DNA of 63,262 nt, the filler included, from Dirinaria sp. TL-2023a (Eukaryota), in assembly GCA_051941275.1 (NCBI GenBank). It is 4 parts of 4 records of this genome, joined end to end, with 100 filler letters (N's around TTAATTAATTAA, not from the genome) between each part and the next. Parts side by side here need not be neighbours in the genome. Positions count along the whole stretch, not along the records: positions 31,713 to 47,452 come from JAVEBF010000530.1; 3 more parts are not named here. One strand, written 5' to 3'. Below, in pieces: positions 35,935 to 47,552 of the stretch (its first letter is position 1; each line of letters begins with the position of its first letter). Made by a program: the position numbers and the translations under genes. Below the pieces are notes generated by a model. The model was not told where the DNA came from. It was given only the letters and a program-made list of their open reading frames with translations, and did no database searches.

Positions 35935-36450
35935 TGGGATTTCAACGAAATAAATCAGCAATTGGCTGTTCAAATGTTGTAGACTTGTACGGGATCTTGC
36001 ACGAGAGCCCGGGCCGAACCGTTCTGGCGAAGTTTCCGCAGAACCAGCATCATCTCCATCAATTACCCGTGTTCACGGTTGTTTGACGCAGCTAATATGG
36101 TTCATATGCGGTGTTTAAGGAGATGAAGTTAAATGGAAGCTGTCAGGGAATGATGGGGTTAGCGGCAATGCATGTCATCCCGCGCGCGGAAGGACCTCTT
36201 CCTCCTCATCCCCGGATTGAGCAACTGCCATGCTCTCTCCACCTGGATTCCATCGCACAGACTCTACACTAGCCGGTCGCGATCACCATAATAAGATTCA
36301 CGACGTACTTTAGCCTCTGCTATTGCGTGTTCTAGGGTCCCATCGGAGCTACCCGCCCGTCAACACCGGACGGTCCAGCCCAAAAACATTCACCCTGCCT
36401 AATGCCTGCTGATCGTACCTTTCCCCCAATTGAGCCGCCTACACTGCATC

Positions 36451-37044
36451 ATGGATGTGCGCAAGGGCTCGGTTGTGGCGGGCTCGGATGAACAGATGGA
36501 CGAGGTCAATAATGGCTCGGGCTCGGATCGTGACATGGAGTCCGCTGCTGTGGCCGCCATGATGGGCTTTTCCAGCTTCGGTTCCAAACCAAATCCGCTC
36601 TCCAAGAAGCGAAAGCTACATGAAGTGGCTACCACTGGGTCTAGTGTCGCAAGCAGCCGTGGGGTCAATACAATGCCGTTGGGGAAGCCAAAGGCTCCTG
36701 TAGGGGAACAGGGTGCTGTTGACGTTATTCCGATGGGGAGAGGAGAAGAAGCAGAACAAGAAGAAGAAAACGGAGCAGAACAACGTGAGGTCGACAGCGG
36801 TGTCGCAAAGGCGGTCCCTGGAAAGACTGTCGTCGGCGATGGGCATGTTGATGAGCAGAGGGTGAATTTGACGATGAACACGGGTAGCACTCATAAGGCG
36901 GCCGCTGCGGCGGGTGGCCGGCCAGATGCCTACAATTGGCAAGCGCCAAGGAAGGGGGTCAGGAACGAGATAGGCGACATAGCGTACTACGATGCCAGCT
37001 TTGTGGAGGACCCTTGGAAGCATCTGGGTCAGTCACCAGGATGA
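36451..37044 (+). CDS. Hypothetical disordered protein with AAMMGFSSFG and YYDASFVEDPW motifs
   Basis: ~197-aa ORF of coding-like composition carrying two short motif-like segments. Confidence 0.7.
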   Translation: MDVRKGSVVAGSDEQMDEVNNGSGSDRDMESAAVAAMMGFSSFGSKPNPLSKKRKLHEVATTGSSVASSRGVNTMPLGKPKAPVGEQGAVDVIPMGRGEEAEQEEENGAEQREVDSGVAKAVPGKTVVGDGHVDEQRVNLTMNTGSTHKAAAAAGGRPDAYNWQAPRKGVRNEIGDIAYYDASFVEDPWKHLGQSPG

Positions 37045-37786
37045 AGAACCAAACTCGCTGACTAGACGAGATACGGCCATGGACCAATCCGGTGGTAGCA
37101 GCAGACAGGGGTAACGATGACATCGATGGGGCTCGGCTCGCATTTTCATTCGAGCATCGGTTTGTGCTCGGGCGAGCTCGGGTGCACAGACCACGCAAGG
37201 CACACCTGGAGAGGAGGAAAATCATTGTCATGCTAATTGATTGCTTGGGGTATCAACTATCACTGGTGATCATCTAACAAACACGCGCGGCTCACAGAAA
37301 GCGAAGCCTTTGCCGAGTATAAGCACGAAGGATTCCACCACGCTATTTAGCTCCGGAGGCTTAGAGAAGGAAGATCGAGATGCGCTGATAACAGCGTACG
37401 AGTCTTTCGCCAATAGTAGCACCCGCGGCCTCGCTTCTCATGCCAAGAGCTACCGAAGTTGACCAGTGCATACGATCCATCGTCGTCCCTGTGACCATGT
37501 CTCGAGCGAGCCTAGCCCGGTACCTTACAGAAAGGCAAGAGCGTGAGAGCAGCAAATCAGATAATCTCTCTCTTCGGGACAGGCCGTCAAACAGACGCGC
37601 GCCAGAGAAAAGAACACCGAGAGCAAAAGCGGCGAGGAAATGAGCTGCCCTGTGAGCCTGTCAAAGCGCACAATCACGCTGGTTAGCGCATCCCGAAACG
37701 GCAAGCGAGCCACCACGACACAACCCTATTTCAACATCTTGCGACAGATGTGATACCGAACGCCAGTACTTGTGGGCAAGAAAGCT

Positions 37787-38462
37787 CTAATAATTGATTG
37801 AACTGGGGTATCGCTGATTTGCCGTTCGGTAGGCTGTTGGATGTTTCTTCTCAGCCTTGGTCTTGAGCGCACTGCGCGCATATTAGTACGCCGTAGAGGT
37901 TGGCAAAATGGGCGAGACGTACGACACCCGTTTTTGAGTCCATTCGAGGTCTCGCTTGACCTCCTTCGCTGCCTGCATGCCGTCCGCAAAATTTGCCTTC
38001 GTACTCTTGAGGCGGCGCTGAGCGAGAGCCTGCAATTCAAGTAGCTCTCGGTGCTTAGCGTTCAGCTGGCCAGACCTGCGCGGGTCAGCGAGTGAGCTTT
38101 GCTGGCGCATTGCGACTGTGTATTCGCGAGAAAACTTACGTTTGCGCTTGTTTTGCCAGACTGCGGTCCATCGGCTGAGGATCGACTGCATTACCAAGGC
38201 GGTCGTTTAAAAGTTCCACGAGATCCACGCTTGGAGCGCCTGCGCTCGCAGCATCGTCTCCAGCAGTGCTGCCAGAATAACTACCAGATGTCAAGGAAGG
38301 TACGGCCGAAGTGTTGGCACTGGACCCTGGCTGAGGAGGTGAAATGGCAGGACGACTGTAGGGTGCAGCTCGACTTAATGGCATGTATTGGGGAGACTTT
38401 GCAGGTACACCAATCGGATAACTTGGTGGGGAGATCGATTGCATCGTTTGTGTCAAAGGCAT
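37787..38462 (-). CDS. KXD1: KxDL-motif protein (BLOC-1/BORC subunit KXD1)
   Basis: MDRSLAKQAQT|SGQLNAK..EVKRDLEWTQKRVS|ALKTKAEKKHP. Introns 38076-38139 and 37872-37922. Confidence 0.9.
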
Positions 38463-40031
38463 GGCGATGGATGTCAGAGCTATGACACTCCAGGTATAGG
38501 TTCAGGATAGCTGTGGATGTAGAGATATGGCAATGCTAAAGTATTGCACGAGAAAGGGAACCAAACTTCGGTAAGAAGCAGACTTTGACGGAAGGCAACT
38601 AAGTAAGACGGAGTTTGCTCTGAAGTAGGATCTGCAAAGGAGATTGACTTTCGGATGAACAGAAAGAAGATGGAAAGTTTCCAGGAAGGCGAGCCTTGAT
38701 CCTGCCATTTATACCTTCATCGATGGTCTTCCCATCGATCGATGTGGGCGCAACCACGGTTTGTCTCTTGATCACCAGCCCGTCAACCCCGCTTTATCAT
38801 TTGCATGATTGCGTCTTCGTGGCCCGACTAGACGGTGATTCTCGTTGCTAGACTTCCGATCTGGCCTGTAATCTTTGTCAGACACCCTCCTTAGCAACCA
38901 GAATCTCCACCTGGTCCCTCGCCGCTTGAAGAGTCCAGAGTCATTAGGCGTATGATAGTTGCGGCCATTGGTGCGATTAGTGTGGCGTGGTGTTGGAGAA
39001 TCTGCATTGTGGCCGCGGATTACACCACAACATTCCGGTTGATTCCTTTAGCTGGTAGGCAGCGATCCTCGGCAGTTTGGTGCATTGGTGCGTTGAGACA
39101 AGACAAACCATGCACCCAGATCCTCCGAAAGGGCAGCTGAAAAGCCGAAGCACGTTACGGGCAATATCATTTGAGCAATACCTGTACGATGCGCTGGCAC
39201 TTTAACCCTGGGCTTGACGGCCTCTCAACCTACCAGCTCTCTGTAAGTGGCTGTCTGAAGCCTTGAGACAGACGAAGACCATGACAATCAAGAGGGTACA
39301 AGACTCGTCTCCGGCCGCAGGTGTGGGAATGCGCAGGGTCGGCAGTGGCAGCATGAATAAGCAGATCCTGAGGGAAATGAAGCAAGCCAATGACGCTTCA
39401 GCTTGTGGTTTGCCGGCGTAGCTGATGATTTGTGCCCGTTCCCAAAGTTGTTGGAAAAACGAGGCGAGCAGCCGGAACCGAAAGTCAATTGCGTTCCCGT
39501 TCACCGCTGCTGCAAATACTTACAGTAGGCATTATTAGAGGCATTATTGTTCAGGCCTGAAACAAGACTAAGGCTTTGTGGACCTTGGTTCGATTGTTTT
39601 TGGTTCTTGTTCCTCCATTGATCCGTGAAGAATATGCTTCTGTAAGTAGACTGGTGAACGGTGATAGTGAAACAGGATATTGCGATCGAGATTGAAGTTG
39701 AACCCCTGTCTGCCTCTACGTGCCTCTTAGGCGTGAACTTTGAAGTGTGGATCTTCTCTATGATCACGCTAAACCGGATGAGACGAACACGCGAAACGGG
39801 GAAGGGCGGATCCGTGGTTCAATTTGCAGTGCATTATCGTACGTGCCTGGAAGCGTGTCTCTTGCGCTCTACTAGAACTACAGTACAGTACTCCTCTCCC
39901 CTTTCCCTATCCTCGTTACCTGCGTCACCGTCGGCTTGATCATCGTGCAAATTGAATGGCGCGCCCACGAGTCCGATTCCAACTATCCAGATGCCCGCCC
40001 ACACTAGCAGCAATTTCGCCAGGCAATTGAG

Positions 40032-42446
40032 GTGCTGGGTGTTATGGCCAAGGCCAACCCCCGCACGAAGCCGCCAAGTGAGAAAAAGAATCTAAAAGCG
40101 ATAGCTTATGAAGATACTAAAGCGGCAAAAACGCCAATTCGGCTCACCACACCGCGTTTACTGCGAAATTCACCTAATAAGGGAACCACCGCTCCCGGGA
40201 AAACTATTGCAACCTCCGGCCGGCAGCTTCCAACCACGAACCTTCGATCAAGCCCAAACAATGGCCCTTGCCGAGATTCGGGACTTGCGCCTTCAAACTG
40301 TACAACACCGGGTAGCACGACGAATCTCGAAATTGGGCGTGGATCACGCTCCAGCCTGAGGAATTCCCAAGAACTCCCCAGCTTTACGTTCGAGGATGCC
40401 AGCCCCCAGTCCACTCCTGTTAAAACCACGCGGTGCGGACGCCAGAACGAGAAGCACAGAGAGGAAAAAGCTCAGCTACCACCTGTCTCGCACCTACCAT
40501 TCGTGGCTCTTACGACCGAGATTCCCACATCAAGCATGGAGGATTTGACATTGCCTGGCCAAGTTGAATTCACAAAAAGAGGTTCAATGCTGATTGGAGG
40601 AAGGAAAGCACAGAGTGTACAAACCGAAGAGCCTAGACAGTCACGTCCCATCGAGCATCGAAGGAAACAAAGTAGTTCGAGGCTCTCAACCTCATTGGTT
40701 CTACCTTCCAGACTACTATCTACAGATGACGAAATTCTCTCACAGAAAGTTCGCTCCTTGTACGAAGGCGAGACAGACAGGGGCTCTTCTATGGAACGGA
40801 ACAATGTTAATTGGAAGAGTCGCAATGGAACTCCAGAACGCAGTCATCGTCGTTCGAGCTCGCTGCGACCCAATATCATTAGATCGCCTGACAGCGCATG
40901 TTCTTCGTCTGAGGTTTCTCAGTCAGATCATATACAGTCGATGTTACGGGAGGAGAACGAGCTCGCAGGTGGTATTGAAGACTGGGACGATGTCCATAGT
41001 GGTGACGTTGACCGCTACGGATTTATCTTACAGCGACGGCATCCCTCTCAAAGTCCTTCAGCAAATTCTCCACGTGCTACGTCCCCAGATCGAGCCCGAT
41101 TACAAAGAGTATCGACTTCTCTGCAGGTCGCTTCCACGGCGCCTCGACGTCAAAGGAACCGCATAGGCCGTAGCCCGTCATCTAAAAGCCCCGCCCGCTC
41201 TGTTAGTACTCCTTTGACCATAAGGTCTGAATCACGCCTTGACCGCCCGGCCTCGTCTCAACGCTCGTATAGAAGTAATATACATATTACTCAGTCAAAG
41301 ATCCGATCCGCAACCAATCGACTTCCACACAACAAAGACCGTCGGGTTGTGGATGACGCTGGTGATATGCTTACACTTCCTCCAGGCCTTGCTGATATCT
41401 CCAAGGATGATGATAGTAGAACAGTCGAAGAAGTAAAGCGAAAGGAATGGAAAAGAGAGGAGAAATGGAGAAAGATGGCTAAAGTTGCGGAAAATAGCCG
41501 GGATGGCGGTGGGATGGTTTTCGAGTTTGACACCACAAATTCAAAGCTCATTGAGAGAACATGGAAAGGCATTCCTGACCGATGGCGCGCGACAGCTTGG
41601 CATGCGTTTCTCACTACCAGTGCAACGAAACGAAAAGCAAGCCCCAGTGATGACGAGCTGGTTGCCATCTTCAAAAAATTGCTGAAACAAGGGTCACCTG
41701 ACGATGTTCAAATCGACATTGATGTTCCTCGGACGATTAATAGCCATATCATGTTCCGGAGGAGGTATCGAGGTGGACAAAGATTGCTCTTTAGAGTTCT
41801 ACATTGTATGTCGATCTACTTTCCCGACACTGGCTACGTGCAAGGGATGGCCGCTCTGGCAGCAACATTGTTATGCTACTTTGATGAAGAAATGAGCTTT
41901 GTGATGCTTGTCCGGCTTTGGCAGCTTAGGGGACTTGACCGGTTGTACCAATCAGGTTTTGAAGGGCTCATGCAAGCACTGGACGAATTCGAGAAATTCT
42001 GGCTTGCTGGAGGCGAGGTCTCTGCGCGCTTAGTGAGTCACATTGCTCCGTCCCGAGTGAACGAGGTTATTGATATTGCGTTGCAGAGCGACTTGAGTAT
42101 CTCTCCCACAGCCTACGGGACCCGGTGGTATCTTACGCTCTTCAACTACTCTATCCCGTTTCCTGCCCAGCTCCGTGTTTGGGACGTCTTCATGCTCCTG
42201 GGCGATCCTGATGACGACCCTGCCTCTTCTGTATCGGGCACAGAACCAGACTCCTCGTATCACGGTGGTCTGGATGTGTTGCACGCAACCTCTGCAGCTC
42301 TCATTGATGGCACTAGGGAAATCCTTCTGGATTCCGATTTCGAGAACGCAATGAAAGTGCTTACGAGCTGGATTCCCGTCAGGGACGAAGAGCTCTTGAT
42401 GCAAGTCGCGAAGGCGGAATGGAGGGTACATCGCCGGAAAAAGTGA
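40032..42446 (+). CDS. TBC-domain Rab GTPase-activating protein
   Basis: DRYGF, WKGIPDRWR, QIDIDVPRT (Arg finger), GYVQGM (Gln finger), LRVWDVFML. In-frame intron 42033-42086; true start uncertain. Confidence 0.92.
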   Translation: MLGVMAKANPRTKPPSEKKNLKAIAYEDTKAAKTPIRLTTPRLLRNSPNKGTTAPGKTIATSGRQLPTTNLRSSPNNGPCRDSGLAPSNCTTPGSTTNLEIGRGSRSSLRNSQELPSFTFEDASPQSTPVKTTRCGRQNEKHREEKAQLPPVSHLPFVALTTEIPTSSMEDLTLPGQVEFTKRGSMLIGGRKAQSVQTEEPRQSRPIEHRRKQSSSRLSTSLVLPSRLLSTDDEILSQKVRSLYEGETDRGSSMERNNVNWKSRNGTPERSHRRSSSLRPNIIRSPDSACSSSEVSQSDHIQSMLREENELAGGIEDWDDVHSGDVDRYGFILQRRHPSQSPSANSPRATSPDRARLQRVSTSLQVASTAPRRQRNRIGRSPSSKSPARSVSTPLTIRSESRLDRPASSQRSYRSNIHITQSKIRSATNRLPHNKDRRVVDDAGDMLTLPPGLADISKDDDSRTVEEVKRKEWKREEKWRKMAKVAENSRDGGGMVFEFDTTNSKLIERTWKGIPDRWRATAWHAFLTTSATKRKASPSDDELVAIFKKLLKQGSPDDVQIDIDVPRTINSHIMFRRRYRGGQRLLFRVLHCMSIYFPDTGYVQGMAALAATLLCYFDEEMSFVMLVRLWQLRGLDRLYQSGFEGLMQALDEFEKFWLAGGEVSARLVSHIAPSRVNEVIDIALQSDLSISPTAYGTRWYLTLFNYSIPFPAQLRVWDVFMLLGDPDDDPASSVSGTEPDSSYHGGLDVLHATSAALIDGTREILLDSDFENAMKVLTSWIPVRDEELLMQVAKAEWRVHRRKK

Positions 42447-42784
42447 AGACTTCTCTCATTTTCCTTGACTGATATTATAGTCTTTATGATACCCAATTTG
42501 CTTTTGCGGAAAGCTCTATGATAGCTTCGCTGCTGTATAATTAATTTTGCGTGGACTGGAGCACGGACCACGGCTCGGAGAATTTTATCGGCTTCAAGCC
42601 ATTGTAGCTATACCTTACTGTATTTGATATAATGATATATTCAGACTTCATGTAAAGAATCGGTTCAATCTCGCCCCCGTTAAAGCCCGTGTCTCATAGT
42701 CCTGCTACCGATTTCTCATCTCCTGCCATTCCACACCATTCGGCCTCTGGCATTCCACATTTAGCCTCTGCGCGTTGCTTCCAT

Positions 42785-43057
42785 TCAGCGCCAAAAATCT
42801 TTCTGGCCCTTGCCAGCGTTCTCCACTCCATTCGCCACACTCTTCGCGCCGCCCTCGATCCCGTTCCCCAACGCCTCGACTGCGTCCCCGACGGGCTTGC
42901 CTGCACTGCCAGTCACGCCCGTGACTGTCTGTCCGACCCCGCGGCCGGCGGCGCCCACGATCCCGCCGGCGGTCTTGGCAACCCCGCCTACGCCGTTGCC
43001 GACGGTGGAGGTCACGAAGGTGACCGGGTTTTGGTTCTTGTTGTTGTCGAGAGGCAT
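42785..43057 (-). CDS. Small Gly/Val-rich protein made of 11-mer repeats
   Basis: 90-aa ATG ORF with strong GC3 bias and six consecutive 11-residue units. Confidence 0.8.
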   Translation of the reverse strand: MPLDNNKNQNPVTFVTSTVGNGVGGVAKTAGGIVGAAGRGVGQTVTGVTGSAGKPVGDAVEALGNGIEGGAKSVANGVENAGKGQKDFWR

Positions 43058-43931
43058 GGTGCCGAATAATGTTTGATAATGCTAATACTAAGGACGGTCT
43101 CGGTGCTAGTGGGACACTTGATGAAACTTGATGAAGAGTGGCGGATTCTGTTTGGATTGCAGGTCACTCTGGCTTTCGAAGCTGGAAGGCACCTTACAGT
43201 AGGTGCCTACACGTCCCTCTGTACGTAAGGGACTATGTTGGCACGGCTTACGCGTACCTTGAAGCTTGCGGAGAATGCTTGTTCCGCTCCGAGAGCTGTT
43301 TGCTCTGTTTGTTGTGTGCGCTCCGTTCTCATTTTCTCAACAGCACCTCCACCACCAAGAGCATATTAGAGACGCTAGCAGGACCTTCTACTTGCATTTC
43401 ACTAGCGCTCCAATTATTAACGATCAAGAGGTGAGGCCTTAGCTCTATGATCAGCGCCGTGGCCCCTAGCTTTACAGCGGTATCGTCCACTAGACTCCAA
43501 AGAGGGTCACTAAGCTCAATGGAGCTCAAAGATCGCAGGATTACCACTACGAGTAGGTAGTTACTTCTCAGATCCAAGTATGGAAGAGCAGCTCACAGCT
43601 CGGAGTAAGTTAGGGAGTGCCACAAGCCGACTGCTATCTCATGCTGTTCTCTCATTTTCCTCGAATGAAGAAACAAGACACTCTGTAGGCATTAGACGAT
43701 GTTCTCTAGCTATTCAACACATATTACGGAGAAAGGTGGGCACCACAATCCTGACTAGCTTTTATCTCGGCATCGTGCATATGCGCGATCTCATTTGGCT
43801 ATTCTTAGCGGCGTGGATAATATGATCTCTACTGCTCCGTACTTCTGCCACAGTGAGGGTGGATAATCTTCCATTTATACATTTTAGAGGTAAATGATTG
43901 ACTCTCATATTCTCTTCTCTTATATCTCTAT

Positions 43932-45803
43932 ATGGACACTCATCACGAGGTTGTTGTCGTTGGCGCCGGTCTACAAGGACTGGCGGTCGCGAAGACTTTC
44001 TTGCAAATCGAGCCAGGACTCAATTTGATCATCGTAGATTCGTCTCAAACTTTGGGCGGCGTATGGGGCAGGGACAACTTGTATCCAGGCCTGCGCTCAA
44101 ACAATCTTCATGGCACTTTTGAATACACAGACTTCCCTATGGCGGATGAGCTTGGCGTGCGAAGAGAGGAGCATATCCCTGGCCAAGTTATCTACGATTA
44201 CTTCCGGCAATATGCTGATAAGCGTGGCTTATCTGCACGCATCAGATTAGGATTTAGAGTGAAAATAGCCAAAAAGATCGAAGAGGGATGGAAGCTAGAA
44301 ATAGAATCGTCCAATCGACCGGATAATGAAGCTTCTACGACCGTCGAGCACCGAACGATAACCTGCACCAAGCTCATCATTGCTTCTGGCATCACTTCCT
44401 CTCCTAGGCCCATTGACATTCCTACCAAGTCAGGCTTCAAGGCTCCAATCATGAATTTCGCGCGTTTCCGGCAAGAGGCTACGACGATCCTTTCTAACCC
44501 TGCGATTCAGCATGTCGCTGTTGTTGGTGGCTCTAAAGCTGCTTACGATGCAGTGTATCTCTTAGCTAGCCAAGGCAAGCGTGTATCTTGGATCATCCGT
44601 GCGTCAGGTTATGGACCGGCATATATGGCTCCCGCCCACGTATATCTCGGGCCGTTTAGATGCTGGCTAGAGAAGTTGACAAGTACGCGATGGCTCACTT
44701 TATTCTCTCCATGTGCCTGGGGCCATTTCGACGGATTCGGCTTCCTCCGGTCGATGCTTCATGGTACCTCCTTTGGCAGGTGGGTAGTTGACAAATTCTG
44801 GACGAAGCTCACCTCCGATTTGATTACGCAGACAAGCTTGGAACATCACGACGAGCTCAAGAAGCTTATTCCAGATAAACCTGTTTTCTGGTATGCAACT
44901 GGTTTGAGCATCTTGAATTATCCCACAAATATCCACGACTACATCAAAGATGGCCAAGTCAATATTATAAGGCAGGATATCAGATGTCTTGACAAATCGC
45001 ACAGTATCCTCTTCCACGACGAGACTACGCTAGAAGTCGATGCTTTGGTTTGCTGTACGGGATGGCAAGTCCCAACCAACATTAAATTCCTGCCCGAGAG
45101 TATCCATTCTGATCTAGGGATCCCAAGTGTCACATGCTCGAACTCACAACAGAAGATGTGGAGCCAGCTAGACGAAAGGGCTGACCTTGAGATCCTTACT
45201 CGATTTCCCTACCTTGTATCTGGGCCCCAACCTCTCCCTAGCCCGGACTCCGTGAACATGGATGGAACTGGAGCAACTCCCCCGCGTTGGCGCCTATGGA
45301 GGGGTATTGCTCCTCCCGGATTAGAGGATAGAAGCATCGTCTTTTTAGGCATGATGAGTGTTATACAAAATGCCCTTCGGGCCGAGATTACCAGCTTGTG
45401 GGCTTACGCTTACCTCAACAACCGACTCGACAACACAGTCTCGATCAGTAGAACCTGCGCCGACGTGGAACAGTCTTCTTCTTACTCAGGAGAGCTTCAA
45501 AATGTGAGCGCCTCTCTAGATATGATGCTATACGATACAGCTCTGTTCAATCGCTTTGGCCGCTGGCGTTACCCCATGGGCTACGGAGCACAGTTTCCCG
45601 ATTTTGTGTTTGATTGCATCCCCTATTTCGATCTCTTGCTCCGGGACTTGGGATTGAAAAGCTGGCGAAAGGGTTGGGGCTGGCTGGGCGAACTATTCGG
45701 GGGTGGCTACGGGCAGGAGGACTACAGAGGTTTGGTTGATGAATGGGTGGCAAAACAGTCTCAAATCCAGACACGGCAAGGGGCAAAGGATAAGTCGGAA
45801 TAA
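43932..45803 (+). CDS. Flavin-dependent monooxygenase (class B, FMO-like)
   Basis: 623-aa intronless ORF; VVVVGAGLQG (FAD), LGGVW, VAVVGGSKAAYD (NADPH), VCCTGW. Confidence 0.9.
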   Translation: MDTHHEVVVVGAGLQGLAVAKTFLQIEPGLNLIIVDSSQTLGGVWGRDNLYPGLRSNNLHGTFEYTDFPMADELGVRREEHIPGQVIYDYFRQYADKRGLSARIRLGFRVKIAKKIEEGWKLEIESSNRPDNEASTTVEHRTITCTKLIIASGITSSPRPIDIPTKSGFKAPIMNFARFRQEATTILSNPAIQHVAVVGGSKAAYDAVYLLASQGKRVSWIIRASGYGPAYMAPAHVYLGPFRCWLEKLTSTRWLTLFSPCAWGHFDGFGFLRSMLHGTSFGRWVVDKFWTKLTSDLITQTSLEHHDELKKLIPDKPVFWYATGLSILNYPTNIHDYIKDGQVNIIRQDIRCLDKSHSILFHDETTLEVDALVCCTGWQVPTNIKFLPESIHSDLGIPSVTCSNSQQKMWSQLDERADLEILTRFPYLVSGPQPLPSPDSVNMDGTGATPPRWRLWRGIAPPGLEDRSIVFLGMMSVIQNALRAEITSLWAYAYLNNRLDNTVSISRTCADVEQSSSYSGELQNVSASLDMMLYDTALFNRFGRWRYPMGYGAQFPDFVFDCIPYFDLLLRDLGLKSWRKGWGWLGELFGGGYGQEDYRGLVDEWVAKQSQIQTRQGAKDKSE

Positions 45804-46178
45804 GGTGTGTCGTGGAGCACATAGCGGCGACCTAATGTAGTCGCTGGCTTGGTGGCTGGTGGATCAGCGGCCAATTGAGGGCCACATTTCCAGGAATAGC
45901 TGCCAGTCAATAGTTCGAAGTCCTAATATGGAACTTTATCTACTGTATTCTTTGTTTGCTCTGTTTGCATATCTGTGATAAGATGCAACTATCTTGAGCT
46001 ACGTACCTCGACTTGCTCGTATGCAACACCAATTTGGCACCAAGCAATCGAGCCCAACATATAAAGAAATTGCCTTCGCCAATATCTACCATTCAATGCA
46101 TTTGCGCAAGTAGATCGATGTGTCTCTAATCTCACGAGCTCCTCTAGATATACCCAAGACTACTCAACACCGGCCAAG

Positions 46179-47452
46179 ATGGGCAAGCCCAGGGTAAGAA
46201 TATAATTTCTTCAAAAACCCCTCTCTGCAAAAATGACCTTCCACTGAATACTCCTTCAGATGATAATCCTGGTGCGCCACGCCCAATCAGAAGGAAACAG
46301 TATGTGACGTGAAACCACGTCCCCATCAGCGGCCTGTGTACTAAATTCCCGAGAAAAGAGAACCGCGACATCCACCAAACCGTGCCCGACCACCGCGTCA
46401 AACTCACCCCGGAGGGCAGATCGCAAGCTCACGCGGCCGGGCTGAAACTGCGCTCCCTGCTGCGGCCATCCGACACCCTCCACTTCTTCACCTCGCCCTA
46501 CCGGCGGACGCGCGAAACCACCGAAGGGATCCTCGACTCCCTGACCTCGTCCTACCCATCCCCATCCCCTTTTCCCCGGCACACGATCAAGGTATACGAG
46601 GAGCCGCGCCTGCGGGAGCAAGATTTCGGCAACTTCCAGCCCTCGTCGGCGGAGATGAGCCGGATGTGGCAGGAGCGCGCCGACTACGGACACTTCTTCT
46701 ACCGGATCCCGAACGGGGAGAGCGCGGCGGACGCGTACGACCGGATCAGCGGCTTCAACGAGAGCCTGTGGCGGCAGTTCGGCGAGGACGGGTTCGCGAG
46801 CGTCTGCGTCCTCGTCACGCACGGCCTCATGGCGCGCGTCTTCCTCATGAAGTGGTACCATTTCAGCGTCGAGTACTTCGAGGATCTGAGGAACGTCAAC
46901 CACTGCGAGTTCGTGGTCATGAAGTTGGCGGGCAACGGGAAATATGAATTGAAGAACCAGCTCCGCACGTGGAGCGAGCTGAGGAGGGAGAAGGAGCGCG
47001 AACGGCAGGTGGAGGCGGTGGCGGCTTCGCCGCAGAGTCCCGTGCCGGTGAGGAAGACTTGGGGTCAGCAGCAGAAGGAAGAGGAGAAGAAGGAGAGAGA
47101 GAGGAACCATTTCGGGCCTCGGAGACAGAATACAGCCGATCTCTTCGCCGACGAGATGCATGATGGCTCGCTGCAACCGTTCCAGTCCAGCGAAGAAGCC
47201 GAAGAAGGATCACCACCGCCACCATCACCACAAACCCACCACAAACCCCACACTATCACCCAAATCCAACAACGCACAGTAGGAGGAGGAGGAGCAACTC
47301 CGCCCGACATCACCCCCCCAAATCTCGGACTCAGCCCGCGAGGAGGGAACCCAAACCCGCTCTCCTCCACCACCAAAGACGCAGAAACCTCCCCATCCCC
47401 CTCCACCTCCCCCCCCTCTCCGCACACAAACCAGCACATACCAAACACACCC
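46179..47452 (+). CDS. Histidine phosphatase / phosphoglycerate-mutase family, Det1-like (3' truncated by contig end)
   Basis: MGKPR|MIILVRHAQSEGN|KNRDIHQTVPDH, FTSPYRRTRET, RLREQDFGNFQ, GESAADAYDR, LVTHG; two short 5' introns. Confidence 0.92.
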
Positions 47453-47552
47453 NNNNNNNNNNNNNNNNNNNNNNNNNNNNNNNNNNNNNNNNNNNNTTAA
47501 TTAATTAANNNNNNNNNNNNNNNNNNNNNNNNNNNNNNNNNNNNNNNNNNNN
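47453..47552. other. Artificial contig linker N44-TTAATTAATTAA-N44
   Basis: Identical to the other two linkers. Confidence 0.97.

Noticed and set aside
46256..47176. 306-aa antisense ORF, and similar overlapping ORFs over the P450, TAF7 and methyltransferase genes
   Set aside because: These are shadow frames caused by high GC3 in the real genes.
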